From: the human T2T-CHM13v2.0 reference genome, Homo sapiens | Length of the DNA stretch: 64,000 nt | Reading direction: 5' to 3' (one strand) | Assembly (NCBI RefSeq): GCF_009914755.1 | Contig: NC_060944.1 | Part shown: positions 59,040-64,000 of the stretch, one piece after another | Position numbering within the stretch: the stretch's first letter is position 1 | Layout of the letters: each line of letters begins with the position of its first letter | The notes under the pieces: model-generated | Databases searched by the model: none | What the model was told of the DNA's origin: nothing | The model's input: only the letters and a program-made list of their open reading frames with translations | Translations under genes and position numbers: made by a program

Positions 59040-60215
59040 TTCACTTTTTATATAAATTATATTAATTTTGAAGGGCAGTACCTGCACACAGTTTGAAAAT
59101 CAAAAAGGTACAAAAGGGTACACAGTTAAAAAGGGGGATCTTCCTCCCGCCCCTGTCCCCTGTCAACCAGCTCTCTGCCTCAGAAGTGACTACTATTTTG
59201 TTTCTTAGGGATCTTTCCAGTGACGGACTAGGAATGGCAGAACCTACTAGTTGCCCACCCAGTATCCAGCCTCCACCTCCTCCTTGCTAACAGAACCCCA
59301 ATTTTGCTCACAGGTGGCCATATGCCCAGATAAAAACACTCACATTCCTGACTCCCTTGCAGTTAGCAGCAGCCATGTGACCTGGTCTGTACAGCGAGAT
59401 GTAGGTGGAAGTCCCTGGGCAGGGAATTTCTTTTCACTCCCTCAAAAGTCAAAGTGCCCGGAAAAGAAGACTTTTGTGTTTTTGTTTTGCTTTTGCCCTT
59501 TGCCCTTAAAAAAAATTTCTTGCCTGGGTGAGACTCCATCTCAATTAAAAATATATATATATATTCTGCCTGGAATGTGGACTTGATACCTGGAGGTGGA
59601 GGAGCAGCCACCTTGAGACCGTAAGGATCAGAGACACGTACTCAGAATGGGGAAAGGAAAGAACGATGCTTGAGTCCTTCAGCAGCTGCACCAGTGCTGC
59701 GCTGCCCGGCTCTGGACTTACTGTGTTTGCTCAAGCCATCGTCTGTTGGATTTTTCTCATCCTTGCAGCTACATGCCTTCTTAACTGAAACCGTGCCTAA
59801 ATAAGCATTTGTATTTATCTATGTTCTTTCTTCCCCACAAAAACGGTAGCATATACTCCACCTACCCTTCAGGATCTTACGTCTTCACTTAACAATATAT
59901 CTTGAAGGTTGTTACAAATAGGTACACACAGAGCTGCCCTGAACTTTTAAATGAATGTGTCTAAGACCTTGTACAGATGCTCCCTAGAGTGTTCCACCAA
60001 GTCCCTCTTGGTGTGGGTCGTTCTCAACTTCTTGCTATCACAGATAATACTGCAGAGACAAAACAGGGACATTGTTCATATCCCACATGTGAGGGTTTGT
60101 CTTCAGAAGAATTGCTGAATGCAAGGGCAGATGCTTTTTCAGTGTTCTTAGATTTTGTCAAATTTCCCTGCAAAGAAGTCTGGCTGACGTGCATTCCACC
60201 AGCAATGTGGGAGTG
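59040..60215 (-). mobile_element. Old L1 (L1ME-like) antisense fragments split by an MLT1 LTR
   Basis: AAAAGGGTACACAGTTAAAAG...; CACTTAACAATATATCTTG...CTTGCTATCACAGATAATACTGCA...CATTCCACCAGCAATGTGGGAGTG. Confidence 0.65.
59235..59790 (+). mobile_element. MaLR LTR (MLT1)
   Basis: CAGAACCCCAATTTTG...ACTCCCTTGCAGTTAG...GCCATGTGACC...TGCCTGGAATGTGGAC...GCAGCCACCTTGAGACC...CAAGCCA. Confidence 0.72.
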
Positions 60216-61092
60216 TACCCACACGTTGTCTCTAATCCTTTCAACAACAAACTAGATGGTGTCCATTTTGCTGAGGCTCAGAGAATTGTACATGGCCTGC
60301 CCAAAGTCATCACAGGCAACTGGTGAGATGGGGATTTGTACCAGGGTCTGTCTGATGTCAAAGCTGTGCTTGTAAACACATGACATTGCTTTTCAGGCAG
60401 CCTGGATTCCAGAGACTCTCAGAAAAGAGGGAAGAACGAATCTGACCCAGGCGCTGGTCTGTACCTGAGAAGAGCCTTTGGGCTGGGCTGTGGGGAGGCC
60501 CGTGTTTGTCCTGGGCCGCGTCCCAGCTCAGGTCTGTCATGGCCTTGCTGTGTGAGCAAGTCCTGCCCCTTACCCTCTCTCTGGGCCTCAGTCTTTCCAC
60601 CTGTCAAATGGATGGCTTGGAGTTGCTGGTTCCTAAAATCCTTTAATGTTAGGCTTCTTGAAAATCCCCAAGTCTGAGGGTATCTTGGGAGCTGCTTTTC
60701 AGACCTCAAAATGGAAACAGCGATTTTTCCTCTATTCCTGACCGAGCAGAGGTCAGCAGCGTCAGGGGCATCTACTTCTATCTGTGGACTGAGGTCACAT
60801 TCCCTGGGGGAGGCTGGGCCATGGTGGGGCAGCAGTCCGCTGCCCTGTTTTCTCTGTAGGGTACATCTTCTCCCAGCTCTGACAGCCAGATTCTGAGGAC
60901 AAATATTCCAGTTATGGTTTCAGATACTGAGTATTTTCCAAAGTGATTTACATATCTAATCTGGAAGAGAGGGGCTACTCTTATCCCCATTTTACAGATA
61001 AGGAAACAGGGGCACAGAGAGATCGATCAACTTGTCTGAGGTCATTCGGCCAGTAAGCGGCAGCCAGGATTTGGCCCCAGGAAGTCTGGTGC

Positions 61093-61310
61093 AAGAATCT
61101 GTGCCCTTCACCGAGCATTTCTCAACCTCGACCTATTGGCGTTTTGGGTTGGCTCACTCAGGTAGGGGGCTGCCTTGTGCATTCTGGGATGTTCAGCAGC
61201 ATCTCTGGCCTCCACCCACTAGATGCCCCCTGGGTATGACAACCAAAATGACCCAGACATTGTCAAGCGTCCCCTGGAGGTCAAAATCACCTCCAGCTGA
61301 GAACTATCTT
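61093..61310 (-). mobile_element. MER20
   Basis: TTTCTCAACCTCG...TGTTCAGCAGCATCTCTGGCCTCCACCCACTAGATGCC...CCAGACATTG...GCTGAGAAC. Confidence 0.82.
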
Positions 61311-61358
61311 AACACAGCTCTGGAGATGTGGATTCTAGGCCCATCTGGGGACTCTTGG

Positions 61359-61661
61359 GTTTTTTTTTTTTTTTTTTTTTGAGACAGAGTCTTGCTCTGC
61401 TGCCTGGGCTGGAGGGCAGTGGTGCGATCTCAGCTCACTGCAACCTCCACCTCCTGGGTTCAAACAATTCTCGTGTCTCAGCCTCCTGAGTAGCTGAGAT
61501 TACAGGCATGTACCACCATGCCTGGCTAATGTTTTTATTTTTTGTAGAGACGGGGTTTTGCCACGTTGGCCAGGCTGGTCTTGAACTCCTCGGTTCAAGT
61601 GATCTACCCACTTTGGCCTCCCAAATGCTGGGCTTACAGATGTGAGCTACCGCACCCAGCT
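61359..61661 (-). mobile_element. Alu (Sz/Jb-like)
   Basis: T22 tail and dimeric body. Confidence 0.93.
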
Positions 61662-62158
61662 GATTCTTAACCCTTCTGAGCCTGCTTCAGGCTCTGGAAA
61701 GACACTGACAAAGGCCTAGAGAAGAACCTTGCAAGAGGGCAATGCCCTGTGCAGGCGATAGAAGCGTCGCAGGGCAGCCTTCTCTGAGGCTGGCGATGGG
61801 ACAACTCAGCGAGGGGCATTGGCGGGCAGCAAAGAAAAAGCTTGGGTGGTGGAATGGGCTTGGAGGTTGGCTGAGTGACCTTAGGCAAGTGCTGAGATTC
61901 TCTGACCTTAGGCAAGTGCTTTAGATTCTCTGAGATGCAGTCTTCTCAGCCAAAATCAGAGTTAACCCTTGTAGAGTTGAGGTGTGATACTTAAATAAAG
62001 TATTGTCATGATGGGTGAAGAAAAACAAAACCAAAAACTATATCCACGAAGAGTCTAGTTAAATAATGTATGGTACATCTAAGCCATGAAAGATTATGCA
62101 GCCATTAAAATGAATGAGGTAAATCTAGTTTTTGCTGATATGGAAAGATCTCTAAGGC

Positions 62159-62457
<299 letters not shown>

Positions 62458-62780
62458 GGCTTATTCATTTATTAATAGTTAAAAAGTAAGGTACCCAACA
62501 GTATATATGACATAATCCCATTGGTATTAGAAATAAAAATAATCTTTCTACATAGCCTTATTGAGCACCTACTGCTTGCCAGGAACTGGAGTAAGCAGGA
62601 GGAATACAGTGTGGATAAAACAAAACTCCTATTTCCATGGAGGTTGGTGCAAAAGCAATTGCATCAACCTAATATAAAGACGTGCAAGAAAATGGCTTCT
62701 TCTGAGCCTGGAGATGTGGGAGTGAGATTTCTGTCTTTCCATTGTATGCCCTCTGGTATTTGAATTAGTCTTACTGTTGA

Positions 62781-63076
<296 letters not shown>

Positions 63077-63529
63077 TGAATGCATTTATTTTAATGATCA
63101 GTTTTTAAAAGACTGGATTAAAAAAATGAGAGAGAAAGCAACGAGCAGTGTTTGGCTCAATGCAAATGGTTGCTTTTATTATTATCATAGTAATAAAACA
63201 TTTATTAACTGTCTCTTGAGCACCTACTGTGTGCCAGGTACTTTGCTAGGTGCTGAAGATACGTAGTGAGCAAGAAAGATAAAAATATTGGTCCTCAGGA
63301 GCAGGTGCTCTAGGTGGGGGGACACAGGAATCAGAGAAGTAACTGCAAATGTCATTAGTGTTACAACAGTTGGGGATTATGATGGCATCGGAACCTAACA
63401 GAGGGGAGGCTTGCAGGTCTAGGGAGTTGCCCAGGGATCGGAGCCTGGGCTCCAGCCCTCTATCCTCAAGCCTGGGCAGTTCACAAGGTTGGACCCCTCC
63501 ATGGCTTCAGAGCAAACAAAAACAGCTAA

Positions 63530-63760
63530 AATTGATGGAATACATACAGCCAACAGGCACACTGTAAATACTTTACATGTATTAACTTACTTAGAATCCT
63601 TACTACAACCCTATGGATACTATTTTTATGCTCATTCTAGAGATGAGAAAGTCAAGGCACAGAGAGATTGAGTAACTTGCTGAAGGCCACACAGCTAGTA
63701 GGTGGCGGAACCAGAATTCAAACCCAGGTATTCTGCTACAGATGCCATACTTATAACTAC
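63530..63760 (-). mobile_element. MIR
   Basis: CTTTACATGTATTAACT...ACAACCCTATG...AGATGAGAAAG...GGCACAGAGAG...GCCACACAGCTAGTA...ATTCAAACCCAGG. Confidence 0.83.
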
Positions 63761-64000
63761 TTCCTTTCATGACTTTCTTCTCCTCTTCCCTGCTTATCAG
63801 AGCCAGTCCTCTGTCTCCCTGTCCTCCCCAGACATGAGGATGACCCTCTCTGGCCCCAGCTGCAGCAGAACATGCAAGGATTGGAGGACACTCTCCAATC
63901 TTCCCCTGTCCCAGGGGCTCCTAAAGTGTCCTGGTTTTGCCCTTGGAGCCCAAGTAGAAGAGGGGACGAGGGGGAGCAGGAGCCAGCCAGGTATACGCTG

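Overview
Primate (very probably human) non-coding genomic DNA; the locus cannot be identified from sequence alone. I find no credible protein-coding exon: the long ORFs are Alu, L1, L2 or simple-repeat read-throughs, or chance ORFs in GC-rich DNA. The window is a dense record of transposable elements: about 27 Alu/FLAM/FRAM copies (many with visible target-site duplications, TSDs), numerous MIR and L2 remnants, old L1M and L1PA 3' ends, MaLR (MLT1) LTRs, an LTR10-family solo LTR, an LTR40-like LTR, and hAT DNA-transposon relics. Best observations: (1) a tail-less U5 snRNA 5' fragment (nt 1-49) retrotransposed into the A-rich linker of an Alu; (2) a 41-bp segment apparently copied from an L2 into a MIR about 670 bp away; (3) an LTR10 solo LTR with a 29-bp AP-1-like tandem repeat nested in an AluJ; (4) a tail-to-tail inverted Alu pair with almost no spacer; (5) repeat-free islands with RFX X-boxes, CTCF-like sites and a MEIS/PBX-HOX motif cluster that may be enhancers or insulators; (6) a plus-strand bias of LTRs and L1s hinting at an intron of a minus-strand gene. 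I see no evidence for a new multi-component biological system. Repeat family names come from recalled consensus sequences, and boundaries of old repeats are approximate.
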